Part shown: in pieces, positions 63,907 through 64,000 of the stretch
Layout of the letters: each line of letters opens with the position of its first letter
Numbering within the stretch: position 1 is the first letter of the stretch
Source: an uncultured Acidobacteriota bacterium
GTDB taxonomy: Bacteria; Acidobacteriota; Vicinamibacteria; Vicinamibacterales; JAKQTR01
Direction: 5' to 3'
DNA length: 64,000 bases
NCBI GenBank assembly: GCA_963809475.1
Contig: CAWEJS010000002.1
Span: 344,116-408,115, forward strand
The notes under the pieces: generated by a model
What the model saw: only the letters and a program-made list of their open reading frames with translations
Databases searched by the model: none
Told to the model about the DNA's origin: nothing
Made by a program: the position numbers and the translations under genes

Positions 63907-63929
63907 GCCGCGGGCTCCAAACCCGCGGC
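63907..63929 (-). terminator. Candidate terminator of the minus-strand gene entering from the right edge
   Basis: Stem GCCGCGGG / CCCGCGGC with a 7-nt loop, 7 nt downstream (minus sense) of the TGA at 63937-39. It is followed on the minus strand by TACTTCGTTCG. Confidence 0.45.
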
Positions 63930-63936
63930 CACACCG

Positions 63937-64000
63937 TCACCGCACTGTCACCCGTCCCCGTGCCCTGATGTCGGCGCTCGAGGCACCGATCTCGATCTCG
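63937..64000 (-). CDS. 3' end (20 codons) of a gene extending beyond the window, probably another glycoside hydrolase
   Basis: The reverse frame reads EIEIGASSADIRARGRVTVR-stop. This resembles the C-termini of GH3 proteins in this window (VNVGASSEDIRQTATI, MVGSSSRDEDLKTIVLRV). It is not in the ORF track. Confidence 0.4.
   Translation of the reverse strand, partial: EIEIGASSADIRARGRVTVR

Overview
GC-rich, very gene-dense bacterial chromosomal segment. Third codon positions are almost all G/C, so the six-frame track is full of long antisense shadow ORFs. The protein content (a CarboxypepD_reg-type TonB-dependent receptor, cytoplasmic wHTH/TolB-like/TPR regulators, many exported CAZymes) suggests an Acidobacteriota-like soil organism; this is inference only. 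I support about 38 CDS. I found no rRNA, tRNA, CRISPR array, transposase or integrase. The window is essentially a plant and microbial glycan deconstruction region. It holds GH54, GH92, GH2, GH5-esterase, GH97, four GH3, GH29, GH67 and GH10 enzymes. It also holds a CE15-SGNH fusion, a tannase/feruloyl-esterase, an SGNH lipoprotein and other alpha/beta hydrolases. Transporters are a TonB receptor, a GPH symporter and two MFS proteins; regulators are a LacI and two paralogous wHTH-TPR proteins. katG, an anaerobic sulfatase maturase (cut by the window edge) and an aldo/keto reductase are also present. The items most worth follow-up are these: (1) divergent MFS-Gfo/Idh/MocA and (HldA-like kinase fused to HAD)-AGE isomerase operons, which look like an uncharacterised sugar or anhydro-sugar salvage route; (2) a GH54 arabinofuranosidase whose lamin-tail domain is split by about 340 aa of novel tandem repeats; (3) a 510-bp unannotated gap with a GC3-supported small membrane ORF ATGA-coupled to a membrane-anchored protein with three beta-sandwich domains, inside the glucuronoxylan locus; (4) a single-base frameshift separating the Ser nucleophile from the Asp/His of a GH5-esterase fusion; (5) two paralogous regulators flanking a Big_2 lipoprotein, with direct-repeat and palindromic promoter architecture and a probable leaderless GTG start. 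All family calls come from motif recognition by eye; no database search was run.
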